The translations under genes and the position numbers were made by a program. A stretch of DNA of 64,000 nucleotides. It comes from an uncultured virus (IMG/VR IMGVR_UViG_3300027736_000023). Taxonomy: Duplodnaviria > Heunggongvirae > Uroviricota > Caudoviricetes. The notes under the pieces were generated by a model, which worked only from the letters and a program-made list of their open reading frames with translations, had not been told where the DNA came from and did no database searches. Positions 1-9,812 of this stretch are shown piece by piece; within the stretch, counting starts at the first letter, position 1; every line of letters begins with the position of its first letter. The stretch lies in IMG/VR virus record IMGVR_UViG_3300027736_000023; one strand, written 5' to 3'.

Positions 1-1578
1 GTAGACACAATTACAGTTTGGGATAATGGCGGAATACCAGTAGTTCAACACCCTGATCATAAGGTTTGGATTCCTGAATTAATTTTCTCTAATCTTAGAG
101 CCGGTTCAAATTTTAATGATGAAGAGGGCCGGACTGTTGCTGGTACAAATGGAGTAGGTGCCTCATTAGTTAATATCTTTTCAAAGAAATTTATTATTGA
201 TACCGCAGATGGAAAGAACAGGTTGCTACAGACGTTTACCAATAATATGGCAAACCGAACCCCTGCTAAAATTAGTCGCAGCAGTCAAGGTTTTACTGAA
301 ATTACCTATGTGCCAGACCTGGCTAGATTTGAAATGACTGAGATTAATACCAGCAATTGGAAAATGATGCGTAAGCGGGTAATTGATATTGCGGCTGCCA
401 ATCCAGGCCTTAAGCTTGAATTTAACGGAGAAAAGTTTAAGTTTAAAACATTTAAAGAGTACGTTGATCTCTATGTAAAAGATTCAGTTTGGGAAAAGTC
501 AAAGGATTGGGAATTTGCAATGGGAGTCTCAAAGGACGGTTATCAATCAATTTCTTTTGTTAATTCAATTGGAACTAAAGACAGCGGAACTCATGAAACC
601 TATATTTTAAATCAGGTTATTGACTACTTACGAACTATGATTAAAAAGAAACATAAGGTTGAAGTTAAACCTTCTGAAATAAAAAATCATATATTTCTTT
701 TTATAAATTGTACAGTTCTTAATCCAGCATTCTCGTCTCAAACCAAAGAAAAATTAATTACTGAGCCGAAGGATTTTGGTACACAACACACAGTAACTGA
801 AAAATTTGCAAAGGCAGTATTTACATCAGAGGTAATTCAGTCGCTATTGGATTGGATTGAGCAAAAGAAAAGTGCAGATGAGCGAGCTGAACTTCGTAAA
901 CTAAACAAGTCTCTTGGCAATACTAAAGTCTTAAAGTTAATTGATGCAAAAGGCAAGGACCGAAATAAATGCGTGCTTGGAATATTTGAAGGAATGTCTG
1001 CGCTCTCAGCAGTTCGTAAGTTTAGGGACCCTCAAAGTTTTGGAGCATTTCCGCTAAAGGGTAAGTTTATAAATGTTAGTGAAATGTCTAACTCTAATGT
1101 CATTCAGAATGATGAAGCTATTCAGCTTATGGCATCATTAGGAATTAAATTAGGAGAGGAACCAGGTGACTTGCGATATGGAAAAGTATACATATATACT
1201 GATGCAGATCCAGATGGAGACTCTATTGCAGGTTTATTAATAAATTTCTTTAATAAGTATTGGCCTGAACTATTCGGTAGAGGTTGTATATTTAAAGTAA
1301 TGACCCCATTAGTTGTTGCAAAAAAAGGCAAAGAGGTTATTCCGTTCTATTCAAATGAAGAGTACTCGGTATGGGAAAAAAAGACTGGTGCAAAGGGTTG
1401 GGATACTGAATATAAAAAGGGTTTGGCCGCACTTGAGGATTTTGAGTATCGAGAAATTATACATAATCCAGTGCTTATAAAAATTCAAAATGATAAGCTA
1501 TATAAAGATAGCCTAAATGATTGGTTTGGCACTGACTCAGCCATGCGTAAAGAAAAATTACTTAAATTATCAGTCTAA
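1..1578 (+). CDS. DNA topoisomerase II large (GyrB-like, T4 gp39+60) subunit, 5'-truncated by window
   Basis: Frame is open from base 1 (VDTITVWDNGGIP...GSNF...AGTNGVGASLVN, GHKL ATPase motifs); TOPRIM motifs EGMSA, PLKGKFINV, TDADPDG and YKKGLA. Confidence 0.95.
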   Translation, partial: VDTITVWDNGGIPVVQHPDHKVWIPELIFSNLRAGSNFNDEEGRTVAGTNGVGASLVNIFSKKFIIDTADGKNRLLQTFTNNMANRTPAKISRSSQGFTEITYVPDLARFEMTEINTSNWKMMRKRVIDIAAANPGLKLEFNGEKFKFKTFKEYVDLYVKDSVWEKSKDWEFAMGVSKDGYQSISFVNSIGTKDSGTHETYILNQVIDYLRTMIKKKHKVEVKPSEIKNHIFLFINCTVLNPAFSSQTKEKLITEPKDFGTQHTVTEKFAKAVFTSEVIQSLLDWIEQKKSADERAELRKLNKSLGNTKVLKLIDAKGKDRNKCVLGIFEGMSALSAVRKFRDPQSFGAFPLKGKFINVSEMSNSNVIQNDEAIQLMASLGIKLGEEPGDLRYGKVYIYTDADPDGDSIAGLLINFFNKYWPELFGRGCIFKVMTPLVVAKKGKEVIPFYSNEEYSVWEKKTGAKGWDTEYKKGLAALEDFEYREIIHNPVLIKIQNDKLYKDSLNDWFGTDSAMRKEKLLKLSV

Positions 1579-1626
1579 TATTAAGATAGTTTAGTATAAT
1601 AATACTGTAATCTTATTATATTAAAA

Positions 1627-1863
1627 ATGAAAGCAAAACTAAAATTTAATCTAGAATTTCCAGATGAGCGTAAAGCCCATATGCGGTGTGTTAAATCAAC
1701 TGATATGGCAATTGTGCTATTTGATATATTATATAATGCAAAAAAGAAGATTCATCATCAAAATGAAAGTGAGGCCTTTGTAGAAGGAATTGACTCAACT
1801 CTAAACTATATTCGCGAATTATGCGAAGACCGAAATATTAACATAGATGAATTACTTGATTAA
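1627..1863 (+). CDS. hypothetical phage protein
   Basis: 78 aa ORF in a tightly packed run, downstream of AGTATAAT at 1593-1600. Confidence 0.75.
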   Translation: MKAKLKFNLEFPDERKAHMRCVKSTDMAIVLFDILYNAKKKIHHQNESEAFVEGIDSTLNYIRELCEDRNINIDELLD

Positions 1864-1867
1864 CCGT

Positions 1868-1984
1868 ATGGAACCAACTGATAAAATAATTGAAGCCATT
1901 ATAAAAGTCATGGCAATTGTAGTAATGTTTATCTGCATAGGCCTGCTAACTAAAATTAGAAACAATGAAAAAGAAGAAAAATAA
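1868..1984 (+). CDS. small membrane protein (38 aa, not in ORF track)
   Basis: Read manually: MEPTDKIIEAIIKVMAIVVMFICIGLLTKIRNNEKEEK; one hydrophobic stretch; fills the gap. Confidence 0.55.
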   Translation: MEPTDKIIEAIIKVMAIVVMFICIGLLTKIRNNEKEEK

Positions 1985-2093
1985 TAAAAAATCACTAACT
2001 CTACTTGAAGTTATGATGATGATTGGGGTTGGACTAGCCTCTATCGCTATTGCACTGTCCGCAACGTACGTATTAAACCTACTAACAAAATGA
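1965..2093 (+). CDS. small membrane protein with prepilin-like N-terminus (42 aa, not in ORF track)
   Basis: MKKKKNNKKSLTLLEVMMMIGVGLASIAIALSATYVLNLLTK; stop overlaps next start (ATGA). Confidence 0.6.
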   Translation: MKKKKNNKKSLTLLEVMMMIGVGLASIAIALSATYVLNLLTK

Positions 2094-2404
2094 GCAAACT
2101 AGAAGAACGGACAAAGTACAGGGCTGACTCGGTAGTTGCTAGAGAACAGGCCGGTATATATATTTTAAAAAGATTAAATGACGGTTTAACTCATACCGGA
2201 TATAAAGTTCAGTATGTTGAATGGAATGAAGACGAGACTGCAAAAGAATCGTATGATAATATTCAGGTAGGAAGATCCTTGATATTAGACCCAAGATTTA
2301 ACTACACTTGGCTTACAACGGTAATTACTGAAATAGTAGAACAACGAGAAGGCTATATTAAATTTGCAACAAAGAATTCAACTTACGAACTAACAACTAA
2401 ATAA
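2090..2404 (+). CDS. hypothetical phage protein
   Basis: 104 aa ORF, translationally coupled to neighbours. Confidence 0.75.
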   Translation: MSKLEERTKYRADSVVAREQAGIYILKRLNDGLTHTGYKVQYVEWNEDETAKESYDNIQVGRSLILDPRFNYTWLTTVITEIVEQREGYIKFATKNSTYELTTK

Positions 2405-2405
2405 C

Positions 2406-2639
2406 ATGAGTGGAGGACATTTTGATTACCATCAGTATCGCATCAGAGAAATCGCAGAAAGTGTTGAAGACATTATTCAAAACTATAAAGGTCCACCTGA
2501 AGTACTTGAAAAAATAAAAGAAGGGTTAGATGCACTTAAAAAGGCTGAAATCTATACTCAACGGATAGATTGGTTAGTAAGTGGAGATGACGGGCCTGAA
2601 ACGTTTTTAGAAAGATTAAAAGAAGACTTAAGCGGATAA
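2406..2639 (+). CDS. hypothetical phage protein (MSGGHFDY...WLVSGDDGPETF type)
   Basis: 77 aa; this motif pattern is familiar from phage hypothetical proteins. Confidence 0.8.
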   Translation: MSGGHFDYHQYRIREIAESVEDIIQNYKGPPEVLEKIKEGLDALKKAEIYTQRIDWLVSGDDGPETFLERLKEDLSG

Positions 2640-2641
2640 CT

Positions 2642-3130
2642 ATGTATATTGTAAACCACATTAAAAGCCATTATCATAGATTGTGTAGAGCAATTGCATT
2701 TGGTAAAAAGGCATATTCAGGATATGATTGGGACTATTCCTATTCAATAGACATATTCAAATTCAGCCTTGAAAGATTGGCTAAGAATTTAGAAGAAAAA
2801 GGAACACACGAATCAAGTAGTGATAGTGCTCAACGTATCAATATGATATGTAAACTAATGGATAAAGTACAAAATGGTGATTACGAATATGAACACTATA
2901 CGGAAATGGAAAAGACATACGGTAAATCAGAAATGACATTTAAAGATATAGGAGATGGTTCGCATGAATATACTGGACAGGTTTGGGAAAAGGCGGTTGA
3001 TGAAACTCACAATAACGAGATTAATAGTATATTATCTAAAAGACGGTGTATAGGTTATAAAAAGCAAGAGCGTGCTGATATATTGGTATGGAAACTGATA
3101 CAGCATAACATTAGAAATTGGTGGCATTAA
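2642..3130 (+). CDS. hypothetical phage protein
   Basis: 162 aa with DWDY motif and C-terminal WW. Confidence 0.75.
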   Translation: MYIVNHIKSHYHRLCRAIAFGKKAYSGYDWDYSYSIDIFKFSLERLAKNLEEKGTHESSSDSAQRINMICKLMDKVQNGDYEYEHYTEMEKTYGKSEMTFKDIGDGSHEYTGQVWEKAVDETHNNEINSILSKRRCIGYKKQERADILVWKLIQHNIRNWWH

Positions 3131-3141
3131 AAAGAAATAAC

Positions 3142-3885
3142 ATGAAAATTTGGCACATAAGTGATACACACACATATCATGGGTTATTAGATATCCCAGA
3201 AAACATAGACATAGTAATACATAGTGGCGATGCTACTAATCCAAAAGATCCACATCTAAGTGAAGATGAAATGCAAAACTTTATATATTGGTATAGTTTA
3301 CTACCAATCAAACATAAAGTATTTGTAGCAGGTAATCACGATGTTTGTATCGAAAGAAACTTTATTAAAAAAGATGACTTTGAAAGAGCAGGTATTATAT
3401 ACTTGGAGAATGATTGGATTGAAATAGACGAAAATGATGGTTGGGCTAGTTTAGCAAATAGTGATAAAATAGGATCAACTATTGTACCACGTAACACTAT
3501 TAAAATATGGGGTTCTCCAATCACACCAAGCTTTGGTAATGGATGGGCATTCAATAAGAATAGAGCTAAGACTTCTGAAGTTTGGAAGCACATTCCTGAT
3601 GATACTGATATTGTAGTTGTACATGGACCACCAAAAGGAATACTAGATTTATCTTATGATGTAACTGGTAAATTAGAATTTTGTGGTGATGCTTCACTTA
3701 AAAAGCGTATGTTAAGTGTAAAACCTAAACTATGCCTGTTTGGTCATATTCACAACTGTGAAGACATTACTAATGCAGGAACAATGAAACTATCAATAAG
3801 CAATACAATATACAGTAATGGAAGTGTAGTAACCGACCGTAAGTTTGGTAAATTAAGTAGTAACGGAAATCAATTTGAAATATGA
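3142..3885 (+). CDS. calcineurin-like metallophosphoesterase
   Basis: Motifs ISDTH, HSGD, GNHD, HGPP, FGHIH; start moved to the ATG at 3142 (MKIWHISDTH). Confidence 0.9.
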   Translation: MKIWHISDTHTYHGLLDIPENIDIVIHSGDATNPKDPHLSEDEMQNFIYWYSLLPIKHKVFVAGNHDVCIERNFIKKDDFERAGIIYLENDWIEIDENDGWASLANSDKIGSTIVPRNTIKIWGSPITPSFGNGWAFNKNRAKTSEVWKHIPDDTDIVVVHGPPKGILDLSYDVTGKLEFCGDASLKKRMLSVKPKLCLFGHIHNCEDITNAGTMKLSISNTIYSNGSVVTDRKFGKLSSNGNQFEI

Positions 3886-3909
3886 AAACACTAAACAAAT
3901 AAGACTAAT

Positions 3910-4467
3910 ATGAAGAAAAAAGAATTAAAAATAGCAATAAATACATACACAGTTGCTTATAAAAAAGGCTACACCCAATGCCAAAAAGATATGTCTGAAG
4001 AAGCTGAATTAAAAGATTGGGATGTAACGTTAAATGATGGGTTAGAAAATGAACCATACGTTTCAGATGACTTTCAAATTGGTCCAGATGGAGCATATGA
4101 ACACACTGAGGATACAACACCAAGAGAGAAAGCAAAAAGTGAATTAATTAATCTATTACTTTATCAAATAATGGACTTAACAACAATGTCTAAAATTGAA
4201 TTAGGTGATGATGTAATTGCTGAGATTAAACGATTAAAAGATATTATAAAAATTGGAGAACAAGAAATAGAAAAAGCTATGACACCAAGAGAAAAAGCAT
4301 CTGAGTTAGTTGATAAGTTTTCAAATAAATGTCTATTGACAACAGATGGAGGTAAGGTTGCGGCCTTAATAGCGGTTGATGAAATTAAAAGAATACTATA
4401 TGACCAAGACTCAATGATACGTTATGACTATTGGTTTGAAGTAAAAAAAGAAATAGAAAAGTTATGA
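3910..4467 (+). CDS. hypothetical mosaic protein
   Basis: 185 aa; TPREKA occurs twice. Confidence 0.7.
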   Translation: MKKKELKIAINTYTVAYKKGYTQCQKDMSEEAELKDWDVTLNDGLENEPYVSDDFQIGPDGAYEHTEDTTPREKAKSELINLLLYQIMDLTTMSKIELGDDVIAEIKRLKDIIKIGEQEIEKAMTPREKASELVDKFSNKCLLTTDGGKVAALIAVDEIKRILYDQDSMIRYDYWFEVKKEIEKL

Positions 4468-4781
4468 AATACGAAAAATTTAAAGCAATTATTGACTATC
4501 AGATAAGTCACAATAATAAAATGGATGAAGTTTACAAATGTAAAATTGATCTATTAGACGTCATGAATGACATACAAAGAGCTGTTGAAGTACTTTGGGA
4601 GGAATTATTAACTGAAGATGGTAATGAATGGTTAAACTGGTATCTTTATGAAAAAGATGGTGTCTCAGGTAAACCGCGAAAAGATCTCACTGCAAATGAT
4701 AAAGATGGTAAAGAGATATGTAAAGACCTAAAAGGTTTACATGCTTTTCTAGTTAAAGAAAAATACTTTATAAACCAATAG
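4464..4781 (+). CDS. hypothetical phage protein
   Basis: 105 aa, WLNWYLYE motif; ATGA overlap. Confidence 0.75.
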   Translation: MKYEKFKAIIDYQISHNNKMDEVYKCKIDLLDVMNDIQRAVEVLWEELLTEDGNEWLNWYLYEKDGVSGKPRKDLTANDKDGKEICKDLKGLHAFLVKEKYFINQ

Positions 4782-4899
4782 AAAATTATGAACAAACCAA
4801 AAACACCACCGTGCATAGGACACGATCATGAAACCGAAGTATTAGAAGAGATAGCCGTAATTATACCTAATAATTAAAGCACCATTATCAAATTAAGTT

Positions 4900-5724
4900 A
4901 TGACCAAAATCATTGAGATATTTAAACAATACAGGCATCAATTAACATGGATATATGCGTTTATGTTACTCACTGAACTTTCTATAGTATCAACTCCATT
5001 CTTACTTGGAAAAAGTATTGATGGATTGATTGTTGGTAATTGGTATTGGATGGTACTGTTAGGTATTTCTTATTTTTTATCAAACTTCTTTAATTACAAA
5101 CGAATGGTTTATGATACAAAAGTCTACACTACCATTTATAACAATATAGCACTAAAATTTCTTAAAAAAGATGAGGTTGATGTTTCAACTAAAGTAGCCA
5201 GAACAGATATGGCATATGAAGTTGTCCATGTCTTAGAAGGTCATGTACACTATTATATTGCAACACTGGTAACTATAATCGGCTCACTTATTTTTATCTT
5301 TTCTGAGAATTGGCAAGTTGGTGTCCTAATCAGCTTTGCGGTTGTTTTTATTATAAGTGCAGTATTTATACTTTATAAAAAAATAAAACAAGGTATTAAT
5401 ATATTTAATAATCATTATGAGAAAAAAACAAAGTCAATTGAATGTGGATATGCAAGTTCTGAATCGTTCTTTAACAGAAGACGAAAGATAGAAATATGCC
5501 AATCAACCATACAAGGCAAGAATTGGTTTCTTGTAAACTCTATTAAGTATGTGTTTTTAATTTTATCAATTATATTATTGATCACTACAACAAAAAATAT
5601 TACAATAGGTAGTGTCGTAACTGTATACTCATATGTAAATAACTTTCTAATGGCACTGTTATCTGCGCCAGTTGCAATTGAAATGTGTTTGCGCATTAGT
5701 GATGTAGTAAAGAGATTAAATTAA
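4900..5724 (+). CDS. ABC-exporter-type transmembrane domain protein (no ATPase domain)
   Basis: About 5-6 hydrophobic helices; PFLLGKSIDG and ITIGSVVTVYSYV resemble ABC exporter membrane domains. Confidence 0.65.
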   Translation: MTKIIEIFKQYRHQLTWIYAFMLLTELSIVSTPFLLGKSIDGLIVGNWYWMVLLGISYFLSNFFNYKRMVYDTKVYTTIYNNIALKFLKKDEVDVSTKVARTDMAYEVVHVLEGHVHYYIATLVTIIGSLIFIFSENWQVGVLISFAVVFIISAVFILYKKIKQGINIFNNHYEKKTKSIECGYASSESFFNRRRKIEICQSTIQGKNWFLVNSIKYVFLILSIILLITTTKNITIGSVVTVYSYVNNFLMALLSAPVAIEMCLRISDVVKRLN

Positions 5725-5736
5725 AAAACACAAATT

Positions 5737-6438
5737 ATGAAAAGTATAAAAATAGAAGCTCTACTTATATCAGATGTACATTTAGGCAGTAGAGGATCTA
5801 ATGCAAAAGAGTTACTTCAAACTTTAAAACTATATAAACCTAACTATTTATTTATAGTTGGTGATTTCATTGATGGTTGGTTATTAAAAAAACGACACTA
5901 TTGGACTCAAGATTATACCAATGTTATTCGTAAAATATTGTCATATTCAAAGAAGGGAACTCAGGTAATTTATATAACGGGTAATCATGATGAATTTCTA
6001 AGAAATTATTCGCCTAGTGAATTTGGAAAAAATATTAAAATAGTTAATGAATATATTTGGAATGATTATTATATTACGCATGGTGATCTATACGATGGGG
6101 TTATAAAATTAAAATGGCTTGGAATATTAGGTTCTATTGGTTATGAGTTTGCAATTATTATTGATCGAACACTTAAGAAATTTGGATATAAAAAATCTTT
6201 ATCTAAATGGGCAAAGGATAAAGTTAAAAATGCAATTAGCTTTATTACATCATTTGAAAATCAATTAGCATATCAAGCAAAAATTAAAAATTGTAACGGA
6301 GTTATTTGCGGGCATATTCATAAACCTGAAGATAAAATGATTGACGGGATCCATTATTTAAATTGTGGAGACTGGATTGAAAATAACAGCTATATAACAT
6401 ATGATAAAGGAGTATTTAAGCATTGTAATTCCTTGTAA
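5737..6438 (+). CDS. PlcP/LpxH-like metallophosphoesterase (UDP-2,3-diacylglucosamine hydrolase family)
   Basis: ISDVHLG, GDFIDGW, GNHDE, HGD, GHIH, NCGDW. Confidence 0.85.
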   Translation: MKSIKIEALLISDVHLGSRGSNAKELLQTLKLYKPNYLFIVGDFIDGWLLKKRHYWTQDYTNVIRKILSYSKKGTQVIYITGNHDEFLRNYSPSEFGKNIKIVNEYIWNDYYITHGDLYDGVIKLKWLGILGSIGYEFAIIIDRTLKKFGYKKSLSKWAKDKVKNAISFITSFENQLAYQAKIKNCNGVICGHIHKPEDKMIDGIHYLNCGDWIENNSYITYDKGVFKHCNSL

Positions 6439-7105
6439 AAACGAGGAATTTTATATTTTAAAAACATTAGAATCAATTCAACAACAAAATTTTTCTAATG
6501 AATTACAGATTATTATAGCAGATGCACAATCTACTGATAAAACTAGAGAATTAATTAATCAATTCAAACAAACCTCTAGCTTAAATATTAAAATTATAGA
6601 AGGCGGACCAGTTTCATACGGTCGAAATGCTGGTGCAAAATTAGTAACAACAGATTGGATTTTATTTATGGATGCTGACTCTATTTTATTTAATAAAAAT
6701 ACACTAGTTGAGTCTGTATATCAAACGTTCAAAGGTAATCTATTAATTACATGTAAACAACAAGCAACCGTTAAAAATTTTAAATTATCTATAATATTAT
6801 GGATATTTAATTTAGTACAGCGATTTATGTCAGAAACTTTTTCAACTGGGGTTTATATGATGGTTAATAGAAAAGAGTTTGAAAAACTTGGAGGATTTAA
6901 CGAGGCTCTACATCAGTCTGAAGACTATATTTTCTCAAGACAAATTCCTAAAAACAAGTTTAAAATTTTAAAGTTAACAGTAGGTCAAGACGATCGCCGT
7001 TATAAAAAAATAGGTTATTTTGGAATGATTAAACTTGTAATTTTAAACTGGTTTAATCGAAATAATCTAGATCATTTTAAAAAAGATATTAATTATTGGG
7101 TATAA
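6401..7105 (+). CDS. glycosyltransferase family 2
   Basis: SIVIPCKNEE, ADAQSTDKT, GRNAGA, FMDADS, GGFNE...SED. Confidence 0.9.
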   Translation: MIKEYLSIVIPCKNEEFYILKTLESIQQQNFSNELQIIIADAQSTDKTRELINQFKQTSSLNIKIIEGGPVSYGRNAGAKLVTTDWILFMDADSILFNKNTLVESVYQTFKGNLLITCKQQATVKNFKLSIILWIFNLVQRFMSETFSTGVYMMVNRKEFEKLGGFNEALHQSEDYIFSRQIPKNKFKILKLTVGQDDRRYKKIGYFGMIKLVILNWFNRNNLDHFKKDINYWV

Positions 7106-7114
7106 TAATAACGT

Positions 7115-8470
7115 ATGAATCAATTACAAAATAAAACAGTTACTGAATATCTCGATCAAGACTATGCAATGTACGGAATGTACACGTTAGAGAATCGAGC
7201 AATACCATCCGTAATAGATGGATTTAAGCCAACTGCTCGTAAGATTATTTTTATTGCAGATAAAGTATGGCGTACTGGTTCAGAAAAACCACTAAAGATA
7301 TTTCAACTAGGCGGAAGAATTGCATCAGAGGCTCATTATCATCATGGTGATGCAAGTTTATCTGGCGCAATAATTGGAATGGCACAGTCTTTTAAAAATT
7401 CGTTACCTCTATTGGAAGAGATTGGCCAGTTTGGTTCAATCAGATCGCCTGAGGCTGGAGCTCCTAGATATATTTCAACTAAATTAACCAAGAACTTTAG
7501 ACTTTTATATAAAGATTTTGAATTATTAGAAAATCAGGTAGAAGAAGGCAATGTTATTGAACCTAAATTTTTCTTACCAATTATTCCAACTGTTCTGTTA
7601 AATGGCAGCTCCGGTATTGCAGTAGGTTTTGCAACAAATATTTTAAATAGAAATCCACTTGACTTAATTGATGCCTGTATTAAAGTGCTTGATGGCAAGC
7701 GAGTTGGTAAACTATTACCATGGTTAAAAGACTATAATGGGCCAATTGAACAGGTTGGAACCTCAAACCAATATATTATGAGAGGCCTATATCAAATTAC
7801 AAATACAACAACAGTTACGGTTTCAGAATTACCACCATCTGTTACTTTTCAAAAATATGAAGCTCATTTAAATTCTTTACAAGATAGAGGTATTATCTCT
7901 TCATATGAAGATAATTCAGCAAATGGTATTAACTATATAATTAAATTTGCCAGAGCAACCCTAACTAACTTAATTGAAAAGGATAAATTAGATCAAACTT
8001 TAAAAATGGTTGAGACTGAAACTGAGAATTTAACCTGTCTAGATGAACGAGGTAAATTACTTATCTTTGAAAATATTCCGCAAATCGTTGAGTACTTTAC
8101 AAATTTTAGACTTTCATTTTACTCAAAACGAAAAGCTTTCTTGATTAATAAGTATAATGAAGAGTTAACCTATCTTTCAAATAGAGCAAGATTTATAAAA
8201 CTTATAATAGATGGAAAATTAAAAGTAAATAACGTTCCACGTAAAGAAATAATTTTATATTTAGAAACAAATAAGTTTGATCAAGTTAATGGTACCTACC
8301 TGTATTTGTTAAACATGCCAATCCACTCTCTATCTAAAGAAACATACGAGGCTTTATTAAAAGAGGTATCTGAAAAGCAGGCTGAATTAGCCGAAATTAA
8401 AAAGAAGGACCCAACTGATATGTATAGAGAAGACTTAAATGAATTAAAAAAGAATCTTAAAACTAAATAA
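7115..8470 (+). CDS. DNA topoisomerase II medium (GyrA/ParC-like, T4 gp52) subunit
   Basis: RAIPSVIDGFKP, YHHGD, catalytic APRYI, LLNGSSGIAVGFAT. Confidence 0.95.
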   Translation: MNQLQNKTVTEYLDQDYAMYGMYTLENRAIPSVIDGFKPTARKIIFIADKVWRTGSEKPLKIFQLGGRIASEAHYHHGDASLSGAIIGMAQSFKNSLPLLEEIGQFGSIRSPEAGAPRYISTKLTKNFRLLYKDFELLENQVEEGNVIEPKFFLPIIPTVLLNGSSGIAVGFATNILNRNPLDLIDACIKVLDGKRVGKLLPWLKDYNGPIEQVGTSNQYIMRGLYQITNTTTVTVSELPPSVTFQKYEAHLNSLQDRGIISSYEDNSANGINYIIKFARATLTNLIEKDKLDQTLKMVETETENLTCLDERGKLLIFENIPQIVEYFTNFRLSFYSKRKAFLINKYNEELTYLSNRARFIKLIIDGKLKVNNVPRKEIILYLETNKFDQVNGTYLYLLNMPIHSLSKETYEALLKEVSEKQAELAEIKKKDPTDMYREDLNELKKNLKTK

Positions 8471-8471
8471 T

Positions 8472-8705
8472 ATGACATACGATTACTCGCATTTTAAAAA
8501 AGATACTAAAGTAAAAACACTAATGGTTACATCTTCAGCCGAAGAGTCAATTGGTATAAAAATACTTAAGTCAGGTTGGGAAAAGCTGTATCATGTCATT
8601 ATTGAATACGGAGAATATTCAGAGTCTGAATATTTTTTAATGAATGATGCTGATATTTTTAATAAATTTAAAATTAAGATAGAGCCAGCGTATTTTATAG
8701 GCTAG
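8472..8705 (+). CDS. hypothetical protein
   Basis: 77 aa ORF coupled to the topoisomerase gene. Confidence 0.65.
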   Translation: MTYDYSHFKKDTKVKTLMVTSSAEESIGIKILKSGWEKLYHVIIEYGEYSESEYFLMNDADIFNKFKIKIEPAYFIG

Positions 8706-9790
8706 TCTTTTTTACCTTCGGATGCATATTTTACACCCATTAGGGTTCCTACTATACTAAAGGCATTGGTCAATAGTATACCAAACATATTAGACCAGGT
8801 TGATCCAATTATTTGAGTGTCTTTAGCTAGTATCATGGCCAGTGCATACATTAAACTTGTAATTATTCCGACTCCTACTATTACGTATAAGGCAACTTTA
8901 ACAATTGTACCGATTAAAGCTGTTTGTGATTTTTTTTGTAATACATCTAAATCGCTTAAGGCCAAGGCTTTTGCCTCTTCGGCCTGTTTCCATGCCTCCT
9001 CAGCCGCAGCTTTTGAAATTAAGGCCTCCTCAGCTAAATTCTCTGACTTTATACTCTCAGCAACGGCTGCATCCTTTGCCGCGATTGCGGCCTTCTTTGC
9101 AACTTCAGCTTCAGTTAGTGCCTTTTCTACCTGTCGATTAATACGTGCATTTTCTTTTTCAGATCTCTGTAGCTCTATATTCTTCTCATCAGCTTTTGCA
9201 GTTATGCAGTTAATTATTTTAACAGAGTAGGCGAATGAATACAGAGCAGCTAGCATTTGTACAAAATCAATTTCAGGCTTTAGCCAATATCTTGAAGTAA
9301 GGTTTTCAATACAGATAACGCCGATTACTTCACCTCTATAAATGATTGGAACATCAAGCATTGATTTAATACCTAACGGTTTAAGATATGTTTCATAAAA
9401 ACAAGAGGTTGCTGGGTGAACTTGGGCCTCTTCGGCTACAATAATTGGATCAGTTAACAGTGCATTAAAATACGGCTCATAGTCTTTTTTGTTTAATTCA
9501 GTATCTTGATACCACTTATCATCAGCTCTAACATATAGCTGTTGACAAATAAGTGTTGTTTTATTATTATCATTTAAGAAATCAGCACCATTTTTATGCT
9601 GGTTAATATGCTGATTATCAGCCAGTGCAATACCGTATAGCCAAATAGAACAACGGTCTACTTCAAGAGATTTAGTTACCTGTTTGGTTAATGACTTGGC
9701 ACCCTCAATAATATTGCCTTCATAAAATAACGGATCACTTGATGCAGCTACTAATACTGAGGTAAGTTTTTCAACATATTTAATTGCCAT
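8702..9790 (-). CDS. GAF domain - coiled coil - two-TM membrane protein
   Basis: GAF motifs LEVDRCSIW, LGIKSMLDVPII...VIGVICIE...W; Ala/Lys/Glu-rich coil; two C-terminal hydrophobic helices. Confidence 0.8.
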   Translation of the reverse strand: MAIKYVEKLTSVLVAASSDPLFYEGNIIEGAKSLTKQVTKSLEVDRCSIWLYGIALADNQHINQHKNGADFLNDNNKTTLICQQLYVRADDKWYQDTELNKKDYEPYFNALLTDPIIVAEEAQVHPATSCFYETYLKPLGIKSMLDVPIIYRGEVIGVICIENLTSRYWLKPEIDFVQMLAALYSFAYSVKIINCITAKADEKNIELQRSEKENARINRQVEKALTEAEVAKKAAIAAKDAAVAESIKSENLAEEALISKAAAEEAWKQAEEAKALALSDLDVLQKKSQTALIGTIVKVALYVIVGVGIITSLMYALAMILAKDTQIIGSTWSNMFGILLTNAFSIVGTLMGVKYASEGKKD

Positions 9791-9812
9791 CGTATATAAA
9801 AATTAACTGTAT

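Noticed and set aside
1579..7114. Intron or mobile element splitting one topoisomerase gene
   Set aside because: Both subunits end or start normally as separate genes, and the intervening ORFs include no homing endonuclease or transposase.
8817..9230. Ala/Ser-rich plus-strand ORFs, and other short ORFs nested in or antisense to long genes (e.g. 26012, 26465, 29944, 46604, 53889)
   Set aside because: Shadows of well-supported genes on the other strand or frame.
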